Assembly: GCA_964412455.1 (NCBI GenBank)
Contig: CAYPOT010000001.1
Location: forward strand, 2,173 to 66,172
DNA length: 64,000 nt
Source of the DNA: an uncultured Nitrospiraceae bacterium
GTDB lineage: Bacteria > Nitrospirota > UBA9217
Direction of reading: 5' to 3'
Part shown: in pieces, positions 21,470 to 29,946 of the stretch
How the letters are laid out: every line of letters begins with the position of its first letter
Numbering within the stretch: the first letter of the stretch is position 1
Position numbers and translations under genes: made by a program
The notes under the pieces: model-generated
What the model saw: the letters and a program-made list of their open reading frames with translations, nothing else
Told to the model about the DNA's origin: nothing
Database searches by the model: none

Positions 21470-22405
21470 TTATGCTGATTCAACCCGGTTCCTTCCGTTC
21501 TTTTTTGCTTCGTACATGGCGAGGTCAGCGGCATGGATCAACTTGTCCTGGGTGTCGATGGAAGAGTTTGGGATGCCGGCGACGCCGATGCTGACAGTTG
21601 CATTTTTGGTCGCTGTTCTGGTGAATTCGCAGCTGGCGACTGCTTTTCGCACTCGCTCAGCCGCCAGCAGGGCCTTTTCCATGTTCGTGTTGGGACACAG
21701 GACCATAAACTCTTCTCCGCCCCAGCGGGCGGGCGTATCGACCTCGCGGATGGTGGTCTGGATGATCCGGGCGATCTCCTTGAGCACTGCATCGCCCTCC
21801 TGGTGCCCGTGGGAATCGTTGATCAACTTGAAATGGTCTATGTCGATCATCATGCACGTGAGCGGGAGCTGATACCGCGTGGCACGCTTGAACTCGTTGG
21901 CGAAGATGGTCTCGAACCGCCTGCGATTGTAGATCCCCGTCAGCGGGTCCATGATCGCGAGACTTTCTACCCGGGTGAGCATGTCCTCCAACTGGCGGTT
22001 CTTTGTTTTCAGATCATCCTGCTGCTGCTTGGTCCTCAGGCGGGCAAAGATGCGGACGTTGAGCTCCGACTCATCGAAGGGCTTGGGAAGGTAATCGTCG
22101 GCGCCGGACTCAAGCCCTGATATCTTGTCGGACATGGCCCCTTTTTCGGTCAGCATGATGATGGGGGTGTCGCGGGTGGTCTGGTCAAGCTTGAGCCAGC
22201 GGCAGACCTCGCTGCCATCCATGTCAGGCAGAATGCGATCCAGGAGAATGATGTCCACCTTGCTCGTCTTGGCGGCCTTGATGGCGGACATGCCGTCCTC
22301 GACGATCGCGACCTGATAGCCGTTCTTCGTGAGGTAGTCCCGGATGATAGCTGCCTGGGCCTTGTTGTCTTCAACCAGCAGTATGTTGGCTTTTGCCACG
22401 ATCAT
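21470..22405 (-). CDS. response regulator-diguanylate cyclase (REC-GGDEF)
   Basis: The receiver has 'ILLVEDNKAQ...DIILLDRILPDMDGSEV'. The GGDEF domain has 'RWGGEEF', the RxxD I-site region and the 'IDIDHFKLINDSHGH' motif. Confidence 0.9.
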   Translation of the reverse strand: MIVAKANILLVEDNKAQAAIIRDYLTKNGYQVAIVEDGMSAIKAAKTSKVDIILLDRILPDMDGSEVCRWLKLDQTTRDTPIIMLTEKGAMSDKISGLESGADDYLPKPFDESELNVRIFARLRTKQQQDDLKTKNRQLEDMLTRVESLAIMDPLTGIYNRRRFETIFANEFKRATRYQLPLTCMMIDIDHFKLINDSHGHQEGDAVLKEIARIIQTTIREVDTPARWGGEEFMVLCPNTNMEKALLAAERVRKAVASCEFTRTATKNATVSIGVAGIPNSSIDTQDKLIHAADLAMYEAKKNGRNRVESA

Positions 22406-22782
22406 GTCGTCCTTGCCACCGATGGGAACTGTGCGGCTGCTCCAATTCCGTGCTGATAAAGCAACGGGATCTGCAGTGGAAACCAGATATTGAATTTTCA
22501 GATTATGTCACAGAGACGGAGAAAAAACAACAACATTTATGATCGTTTTGGGACAAGTATCTGCGAACGGCCATGCTCATCCGGCATGATGCAATTCAAT
22601 GGTCCTATGCAGGAACAGAGGGATATCGTCTACGTACTTTTTATTGGTCCGAACCATATCGCCTGGAGGCGGATGCTTTTGGTCATCAGTGGTTATGACT
22701 GCCTTTTAACAGTAACAGGATATACGAGATTCGATCGAAAACTGTTTGCATTTCATGGGATGATGTCGTAATATCTTAAACA

Positions 22783-24222
22783 ATGCTGACTAACCTTCAC
22801 CCAATAATATTCCTCCTCGCTCTCTTCCTGTTCGGGACAGGTTGTACGACTTTGTCGGGCGGCCAGGCGCAGAACGACCAGTCCGCGGCGGATGCGTTCA
22901 TGTCCGCAGAGACCGACGAGACAACGCCGGTCTTTTCGCTGCAGCTGCAGGATCCGGCGCTTCATTCAGGCGAGGCCGGGACCTTGGAACTCGAGACGGC
23001 GGATGACGAAGATCCTGACGCCGCTCAGGTTGACGAAAGCGTCCTTGATGCCGCGCTGGAACTGATCGATCTCTCCCAGGAGCACTGGTATGCAGGGGAC
23101 CTCGATCGGGCGATAGAAGCGCTTGATCAGGCGTACGCCATTCTCCTGAAAGTTCCCGCCGACGCCGGAGAAAAAGAGCTGCAGCAGAAAGAAGACCTGC
23201 GGTTCGTGATCTCCAAGCGGCTGACGGAGATCTACGCTTCCCGATTCACTTCGGTAAACGGGAACGGCAAGGAAATACCGCTTACGCTGAATGAGCACGT
23301 GGAGCGGGAGATCAAGCAGTTCCAGACCTATGAACGGGATTTTTTCATGGAATCGTACTGGCGTTCGGGCAGATACCGGGAACAGTTCAAGAAGGAGTTC
23401 CGGGACGCGGGAATGCCCGAAGACCTTGCCTGGCTGCCGCTCATCGAGAGCGGCTTCAAGGCAAAGGCATTGTCGCGCGCGCGCGCGCTCGGCCTGTGGC
23501 AGTTCATTCCGTCAACAGGGTATAAGTTCGGGCTCAAGCGCAACGCATGGATCGACGAGCGGCTGGACCCGGAAAAGTCCACGCAGGCCGCCATTGCCTA
23601 TTTGAAGGAACTGCATCAGATCTTCGGGGATTGGGCGACGGTCCTCGCGGCCTACAACTGCGGCGAGGGCAGGGTCCTGAGGATCATACGGCAGCAGAAG
23701 ATAAACTATCTCGACAACTTCTGGGACCTCTACCAGCGGCTCCCGCGGGAGACCGCCCGGTACTATCCCCGGTTCATCGCGGTCCTGATGATCATCAAGG
23801 AACCGGCGAAGTACGGCTTCACGTTCGACGAGGTGAGCAAGCCGCTTCCCTATGAGACCGTATCGATCGAGAAGCCGGTCCATCTGCGGAAGCTGGCCGA
23901 GATGTCGGGAGTGGCGTTCGGTGAACTGGCGGACCTGAACCCGGAACTGCGCCAGGAAGCGACACCCGGCTCTGCATACGACCTGAAGATCCCGGCAGGC
24001 ATGGGTCAGACCATTCTTGCATCGGTGGACGCACTGCCGAAATGGTCTCCGCCGAAGCTGGCCTATGTTGTCCATCGCGTGCGGCGGGGAGAGAGTTTGT
24101 CAACCATCGCGGTCAGGTATCGGACCAGCATCGGACGGATCATGGATGCGAACAACATGAGGAACGGTCGCCTTATCCGTATCGGCCAGAAGCTGAAGAT
24201 ACCCGTTCGTGACACCACGTAA
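22783..24222 (+). CDS. mltD: membrane-bound lytic murein transglycosylase D-like (SLT domain plus C-terminal LysM)
   Basis: The SLT catalytic region is 'LPLIESGFKAKALSRARALGLWQFIPSTG'. LysM is 'YVVHRVRRGESLSTIAVRY...GQKLKIP'. An N-terminal lipoprotein-like signal is present. Confidence 0.85.
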   Translation: MLTNLHPIIFLLALFLFGTGCTTLSGGQAQNDQSAADAFMSAETDETTPVFSLQLQDPALHSGEAGTLELETADDEDPDAAQVDESVLDAALELIDLSQEHWYAGDLDRAIEALDQAYAILLKVPADAGEKELQQKEDLRFVISKRLTEIYASRFTSVNGNGKEIPLTLNEHVEREIKQFQTYERDFFMESYWRSGRYREQFKKEFRDAGMPEDLAWLPLIESGFKAKALSRARALGLWQFIPSTGYKFGLKRNAWIDERLDPEKSTQAAIAYLKELHQIFGDWATVLAAYNCGEGRVLRIIRQQKINYLDNFWDLYQRLPRETARYYPRFIAVLMIIKEPAKYGFTFDEVSKPLPYETVSIEKPVHLRKLAEMSGVAFGELADLNPELRQEATPGSAYDLKIPAGMGQTILASVDALPKWSPPKLAYVVHRVRRGESLSTIAVRYRTSIGRIMDANNMRNGRLIRIGQKLKIPVRDTT

Positions 24223-24461
24223 CGTTTTTTTCGCAGTCCTGCCCAATACTACATCGTAACTCTGACAAGCCTGAACCACATCTGCCACTAAGACACCAAG
24301 GCACGAAGACTTCAAAATTCATGGACCGTAAAGAGGCACGGAAAGCACAAAGAATCCGATGCTTATTTTGCGCGTTTTGGCGGCAAACAGTCTTTCCAAG
24401 TAAAGGTCATTGGTCATGTTGTTTCTGATGGTGACGTCGGAGAGCTGCAGGCAGATGGGAC

Positions 24462-27400
24462 CTATGCCAGGGACACTGCTCCCGCTCCAAGGACGGATTC
24501 GATCTCGCTGATGAGCTGGTCGGAAGGGGTCACGCGGATATCCCTGCCTACGGATATCAACGACTCTTTGCGGGAGGGATTCCGAAGGCGGAGATAGACG
24601 GGGATGTCACCTTTGTAGCGGAGCAGGATGCTCTTTACCTTTACGAGGTCGTCCTGGGTGAGGCCGGTGGCGTTCAGAAGGATGTCCATACGGGTGGTGC
24701 CCCGCTTTTTCACATCGGCGAGCAGATGGATCCGTATGGCCTTGATCTTGTTTCCCTGTTCGCTTTTGTCGAGCTGGCCTGCCACGATGAGCGGCGTGTC
24801 GGTCAGGAGCATGTGGTTAGCCGTCGTGTAGAGGTCCGGAAAGACGATGACCTCCACGGTCCCCGAAAGGTCCTCGAGGTTGATGATGGCCATCTTGTCG
24901 CCCTTTTTGGTGATCTTTGGTTTCAATCCGGCGATGATCCCGCAAATGGTCACCTCCTTCCCGTCCGCCGCCTGGTCCAGCGTCTCCGTGGTCACCGACG
25001 CGTAGCGCTTCATGTCCGCCTGGAAGGCCGCGAGGGGATGGCCGGTGATGTAGAAGCCGATGCTCTCCTTTTCGAACGCCAGCAGCTGACTTTCCTTCCA
25101 CTCCGGGATGTTGGGAAGATCGGGCTCCTTCGTCTCCCCGAGGGAATCAAAGATATTGAACTGTCCGATGGCCTCCTGCTCCTGGTGCCGCGCCGCCTGG
25201 TCGATCATCATGTCGATGGCTTCCATCATCTGGCTGCGGCGTGCGCCGGTCGTGTCAAACGCGCCACATTTGATCAGCGCTTCGATCACCCGCCGGTTCA
25301 CCCGCCGCTGGTCCACCTTGGAGCAGAAATCCGCCAGAGAGGTGAATGCTCCCTTGGCCTCACGCGCTTCAAGGATCGCTTCAATGGCGGCGAGACCGAT
25401 GTTCTTGACCGCGGCGAGACCAAAGCGAACGGACCCAATGGCGCTGCCCGGCTCGATGGTCTCACGATCATGGGCCTCGATGACCGTAAAATCCCACCGG
25501 CTCTCATTCGCGTCAGGAGGCAGGACCGAAATTCCCATCTCACGCGCCTCGTAGATGTATTTTACGACCTTGTCGGTGTCCTGGACCTCGCTCGTGAGCA
25601 GGGCGGCCATGTATTCGACCGGGTAGTGGGTCTTGAGGTATGCCGTCTGGTAGGAGATGAGGGCATAGGCGGCACTGTGCGATTTGTTGAACCCGTAGTC
25701 GGCGAACTTGGCCATGAGGTCGAAGATCGCCCCGGCCTTTTTCGGATCAATGCCGTTGTTCTTCGCGCCCTCCAGGAACGTGGCGCGCTGCCGTGACATC
25801 TCGGCCTGGTCCTTTTTCCCCATGGCGCGCCGGAGCAGGTCAGCTCCGCCAAGCGAGTAGCCTGCCAGGGTACGCGCCATCTGCATGACCTGTTCCTGGT
25901 ACACGATGACGCCGTAGGTGTCCTTGAGGATCTCCTCGAGCGCGGGCAGTTCGTAGGTGATCTTGGTGGAGCCTTTCTTGCGCTTGATGAAATCGTCCAC
26001 CATGCCGCTGTTGAGCGGTCCCGGACGGTACAGGGCCAGGAGCGCGATGATGTCCTCAAAGCACTGGGGTTTCATCTTGAGCACGAGGTCCCGCATGCCT
26101 GACGATTCGAGCTGGAAGATGCCCGCCGTACTGCCCCGTCCCAGGAACTCATAGGTCTTCGCGTCGTCCAGGGGGAGGCGGCTGACGGAGAAGCGGTCCG
26201 CCGCAGCGAGCGGCGCCTTCTGGAGTCGTAGATTGATCACATCCTCGGCCTTGCGGATCACCGTGAGGTTCCGGAGACCCAGGAAGTCGAACTTTACGAG
26301 GCCGATCTTCTCGACGCCCTTCATGTCGAACTGCGTCATCACCTCGTCCTTCGCGGTCTTGTACAGCGGGAGATATTCGGTCAGCGGCTCCTGCGAGATG
26401 ACCACGCCGGCGGCGTGCTTGGACGCGTGGCGAACCTGGCCCTCGAGGTTCAGGGCGATCTCCATGAGCTCCGCCATGCGCGGTTCCTTCTTCGTCAGCT
26501 CCTTGAGCTTCGGCTCCTGCTCCATGGCCTTTTCCAGGGTGATGTTCAGGACGTTCGGAACGAGCTTGGCGACCCTGTCCACTTCGGCATAGGGGATGTC
26601 GAGGACCCTGCCCACGTCGCGGATCACGCCCTTGGCCATCATGGTCCCGTAGGTGATGATCTGGGTCACGTGGTCCGGGCCGTACTTCTCCGTGACATAC
26701 TTGATGACCTCGTCGCGGCGGTCCTGGCAGAAGTCCACGTCGATGTCCGGCATGCTGATGCGTTCGGGGTTCAGGAACCGTTCGAACAGCAGGTTGTAGG
26801 GGATCGGGTCGAGGTCGGTGATCCGGAGGCTGTAGGCAACCAGGCTGCCGGCGGCGGACCCGCGGCCCGGACCGACGGGGATGCCGTGCTCGCGGGCGTA
26901 GCGGATGAAGTCCCACACGATCAGCATATATCCAGGAAAACCCATTTTCTCGATCATCAGGATCTCGGATTCCAGCCGCTTTTTGTAGGCCTCGCGGTCG
27001 ATGGTGCCGGATCCGCGCACTGCCTCGATCTCGCCGAAGCGCTCTTCGAGGCCTTTCCTGGCCAGCTCTGCCATGTAGGTCTCGCGGGTGTATCCTTCGG
27101 GGACCGGGAAGTTGGGCAGGTGGTATTTGCCGAGCTCAAGCTCGAGGTTGCAGCGCTCGGCGATCTTGATGGTGTTCGTGATGGCCTCGGGAATATAGGA
27201 AAAGGACTTTTTCATCTCCTCAGGGGTCTTCATGTAAAAGGTCTCCGAGGAGAACTTGAGGCGCTTTTCGTCCTTTACCAGTTTGCCCTGGTTGATGCAG
27301 AGCAGGGCGTCATGGGACTTATGGTCCTCCATGTTCAGATAGTGGCAATCGTTCGTGGCGACGACGGGGATGCCTGTGTCCTGGCTCAGGCGAATGAGCT

Positions 27401-27980
27401 CTCGGTTCACCTGTTCCTGCTCGGGGATGCCGTTGTCCTGGAGTTCTAAATAGAAGTTGTCCTTGCCCAGGAGGTCCTGGTACTGGAGGGCGGCCTTTTT
27501 CGCTTCCTCGTAGCGGTTGCTGTTCAGGAGAGAGGGGATCTCGCCGCCCAGGCACGCTGAGAGGCCGATGAGCCCTTCGTGGTGCTGTTTGAGCAGTTCT
27601 TTGTCGATGCGGGGCTTGTAATAGAAGCCTTCCAGATACGCGGCGGTCACGAGCTTGACGAGGTTCTTGTAGCCCTGCTTGTTCCGGGAGAGGAGGATGA
27701 GATGATAGGAGGCTTCTTCCTGGTTGCCGCCGGGCGTGGATTTTTCGAAGCGCGATCCGGGGGCGACATAGATCTCGCAGCCGATGATCGGCTTGATGCC
27801 GGCCTTCATCGCTTTCTGATAGAAATCCAGGACGGAGAACAGGTTTCCGTGGTCCGTGACGGCCACGGCCGGCATTTTCAGTTCGATGGCCTTCTTGACG
27901 AGGTTGTCGATGCTGATGGCGCCGTCGAGCAGGCTGTATTCCGTGTGGAGATGAAGGTGGACGAATTCGGCGTGATGCAT
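24462..27980 (-). CDS. dnaE: DNA polymerase III alpha subunit
   Basis: PHP N-terminus 'FVHLHLHTEYSLLDGA'. The full-length (about 1170 aa) Pol IIIalpha architecture includes the C-terminal OB/tau-binding region. Start ATG set at 27980 (MHHAEFVHLH). Confidence 0.92.
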   Translation of the reverse strand: MHHAEFVHLHLHTEYSLLDGAISIDNLVKKAIELKMPAVAVTDHGNLFSVLDFYQKAMKAGIKPIIGCEIYVAPGSRFEKSTPGGNQEEASYHLILLSRNKQGYKNLVKLVTAAYLEGFYYKPRIDKELLKQHHEGLIGLSACLGGEIPSLLNSNRYEEAKKAALQYQDLLGKDNFYLELQDNGIPEQEQVNRELIRLSQDTGIPVVATNDCHYLNMEDHKSHDALLCINQGKLVKDEKRLKFSSETFYMKTPEEMKKSFSYIPEAITNTIKIAERCNLELELGKYHLPNFPVPEGYTRETYMAELARKGLEERFGEIEAVRGSGTIDREAYKKRLESEILMIEKMGFPGYMLIVWDFIRYAREHGIPVGPGRGSAAGSLVAYSLRITDLDPIPYNLLFERFLNPERISMPDIDVDFCQDRRDEVIKYVTEKYGPDHVTQIITYGTMMAKGVIRDVGRVLDIPYAEVDRVAKLVPNVLNITLEKAMEQEPKLKELTKKEPRMAELMEIALNLEGQVRHASKHAAGVVISQEPLTEYLPLYKTAKDEVMTQFDMKGVEKIGLVKFDFLGLRNLTVIRKAEDVINLRLQKAPLAAADRFSVSRLPLDDAKTYEFLGRGSTAGIFQLESSGMRDLVLKMKPQCFEDIIALLALYRPGPLNSGMVDDFIKRKKGSTKITYELPALEEILKDTYGVIVYQEQVMQMARTLAGYSLGGADLLRRAMGKKDQAEMSRQRATFLEGAKNNGIDPKKAGAIFDLMAKFADYGFNKSHSAAYALISYQTAYLKTHYPVEYMAALLTSEVQDTDKVVKYIYEAREMGISVLPPDANESRWDFTVIEAHDRETIEPGSAIGSVRFGLAAVKNIGLAAIEAILEAREAKGAFTSLADFCSKVDQRRVNRRVIEALIKCGAFDTTGARRSQMMEAIDMMIDQAARHQEQEAIGQFNIFDSLGETKEPDLPNIPEWKESQLLAFEKESIGFYITGHPLAAFQADMKRYASVTTETLDQAADGKEVTICGIIAGLKPKITKKGDKMAIINLEDLSGTVEVIVFPDLYTTANHMLLTDTPLIVAGQLDKSEQGNKIKAIRIHLLADVKKRGTTRMDILLNATGLTQDDLVKVKSILLRYKGDIPVYLRLRNPSRKESLISVGRDIRVTPSDQLISEIESVLGAGAVSLA

Positions 27981-28104
27981 AGGGGAAAACCGTGGGGCGC
28001 TTAATTGCAAATGGTAAATAGCAAATTGGAAATTGCAAAGTACGGGAACGGCAGGTCAATCAATTTGCAATTTCCAATCGACACTTTGCAATGGGTGGTT
28101 TAAT

Positions 28105-28180
28105 TGGAGGCGGCGATCGGATTTGAACCGATGAATGAAGGTTTTGCAGACCTCTGCCTTAGCCACTTGGCTACGCCGCC
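28105..28180 (-). tRNA. tRNA-Cys (GCA)
   Basis: Manually folded cloverleaf: acceptor GGCGGCG/CGCCGCC, a 3-bp D stem, anticodon stem GAGGU/ACCUU with loop CUGCAAA, T stem AUCGG/CCGAU with loop UUCAAAU, and a CCA 3' end. Confidence 0.85.
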
Positions 28181-28310
28181 CGGGAAACAAATGCTGGAAA
28201 ATCACGGAGATGCGTTCTCCCGAGAATCTTGCACAAGCGATAAAATACGAGAAACGGAGGGGTAAGTCAAGCCCAAAAGCGGAGGTTCAGTGGACAGGTA
28301 GAGCAGCGCC

Positions 28311-29624
28311 TCACACTTTGATATGCAGCATCGGCAGACCGAGACGCTGTCGTTTATTCTCTCCCTTGAACAGGTCCGCTTTCCGCACCGGCACATCGCC
28401 CCGTTCGCCTTCGTGTTGCGCCTGGAGCTTCGTGGGCAGGCTGGCCCCGTGCTGGACCGCGTGCTTGCCGTACTTCCGCGACAGCTCGTCAATGCTTTCA
28501 TAGATCTTCGCCATCTTCGCGATCTTCGCGGTGTCCTCGAACAGGCCGTACTGGACACCGCTCTCCGCGACCAGGCCGGACAGGACGACGCCGGTCTGGC
28601 GGTAGGGGGTGGCGGGCAGGTACAGTCCCCGGAACCCTTCGCGCAGGAGCGTGTAGAGCTCGGCGGGGAATGCGGTCGGACGGCTCAGCTTCAGCTCCGC
28701 GCCGGCGCTTTGGTAATCCTGCTGCCGGAGAAAGACGATCACCCGGCTGGCGGCAAGATGATACCGCCGGGCCTTGATGCAGGCGTTCTCCAGGTTCTTG
28801 GACAGCTGGGCGAAGACGAAGGACTCGTCCGTCGAGGCCGGGGTGAAGGTCTTCGCCTTGTTGATGGACTGGTAGGCGCTTTTGGTCTCGGTGGTGACGG
28901 GATATACGCTCCTGCCATTCAGCTCGTGCCAGATCTCCCGGTAGGGCTTGGACAGGTATTTTGTGACGAACTCCTCATCCCGCTGCGCGAACTCCAGGGC
29001 GGTCGTGATGCCGTGCTTGTTCAGGTAGGCCGCAGTGTTCGACCCGATGCCCCATACCTTTTCGATCGGCAGCGTTTCGAGATACCGATGGATCTCCCGG
29101 CCCGGGATCATGGTGAGGCCGTCCGGTTTCCTGTGCTTCGAGCCGATCTTCGCAAGGACCTTGGAGAGGGAGACGCCTGCGGACACGGTGATGCCGAGCT
29201 CCTGCTTGATGGTGGCGCGCATTTTCTCGGCGATGGACTCGTAGGAACCGTGGTAGGTCCGCCTGAGGCCCGTGAGGTCCACGAAGGCCTCGTCAATGGA
29301 GTCTTCCTCCACGTCGGGGGAGAAACGCCGCAATATTTCGAACATGCGGACGGAGAAAAGGCTGTAGGTCTCGTAATCCGACGGCAGGATGACCGCGTCG
29401 GGGCAGAGCTTCTTCACGTCCGAGAGCCGCACCCCGCGCTGGACGCCGCGCGCCTTGGCCTCGTAGCTCGCTGCGGCCACAATGCCGCGTTCCTTGCCGC
29501 AGATCACCGGCTTGCCGCGCAGTTCCGGGTGGATGGCCTGCTCGCAGGACGCGAAAAAGGCGTCGGCGTCCAGGTGGAGGATGGCTCGGGGCCAGGAGGA
29601 TATGATGAGGGGCTGGTCGTTCAT
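28311..29624 (-). CDS. dinB: Y-family DNA polymerase (DinB/Pol IV-like, catalytic residues intact)
   Basis: 'LHLDADAFFASCEQ' and 'SIDEAFVDLTG' retain the catalytic Asp/Glu residues, so this is not a dead ImuB. Start ATG 29624 (MNDQPLII). Confidence 0.85.
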   Translation of the reverse strand: MNDQPLIISSWPRAILHLDADAFFASCEQAIHPELRGKPVICGKERGIVAAASYEAKARGVQRGVRLSDVKKLCPDAVILPSDYETYSLFSVRMFEILRRFSPDVEEDSIDEAFVDLTGLRRTYHGSYESIAEKMRATIKQELGITVSAGVSLSKVLAKIGSKHRKPDGLTMIPGREIHRYLETLPIEKVWGIGSNTAAYLNKHGITTALEFAQRDEEFVTKYLSKPYREIWHELNGRSVYPVTTETKSAYQSINKAKTFTPASTDESFVFAQLSKNLENACIKARRYHLAASRVIVFLRQQDYQSAGAELKLSRPTAFPAELYTLLREGFRGLYLPATPYRQTGVVLSGLVAESGVQYGLFEDTAKIAKMAKIYESIDELSRKYGKHAVQHGASLPTKLQAQHEGERGDVPVRKADLFKGENKRQRLGLPMLHIKV

Positions 29625-29946
29625 AGGGTAAACCCGACACGGGGACACGGGGACGGGGGGACACGGAGACAGAGACAAATCCAAGCCCGTGCCAGAGACG
29701 TTGAAGCGATCACGTCAAATGCTTTCACCGCGACCAAAAGTAGGCGCTTCTAAGCGAGGCGCGAAGAGCGCGAGGAAACCTTAAAGCTATAGGCTTGCAT
29801 TAACGTCAAAAGAACTTTTCGGTAGTGCTTCTGTCCTGCCGTCCTCGCGCCTTCGCGGTTCCAATGTTTTGGCTCCGGCCTGTCTCGGTCAGGAGTTCAC
29901 GGCTCAACAGCCGCGATCATCCCCGGTCAAGCAGGGGAGGAGCGCC

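Noticed and set aside
24726-27449. Several 250-360-aa ORFs in both strands inside dnaE
   Set aside because: All overlap the dnaE coding frame. Compositionally biased shadow frames.
24462-28010. Possibility that this dnaE is an error-prone DnaE2/ImuC partnered with the upstream Y-family polymerase
   Set aside because: At about 1170 aa with a C-terminal extension it fits replicative DnaE1 length. The Y-family gene has intact catalytic residues, unlike ImuB. No imuA-like gene is present. I cannot exclude it without phylogeny.
28135-28503. 122-aa plus-strand ORF overlapping tRNA-Cys and the dinB 3' end
   Set aside because: It overlaps a well-folded tRNA on the opposite strand and has no signals.
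28323-29753. 476-aa plus-strand ORF antisense to dinB
   Set aside because: Shadow frame. dinB has intact catalytic motifs on the minus strand.
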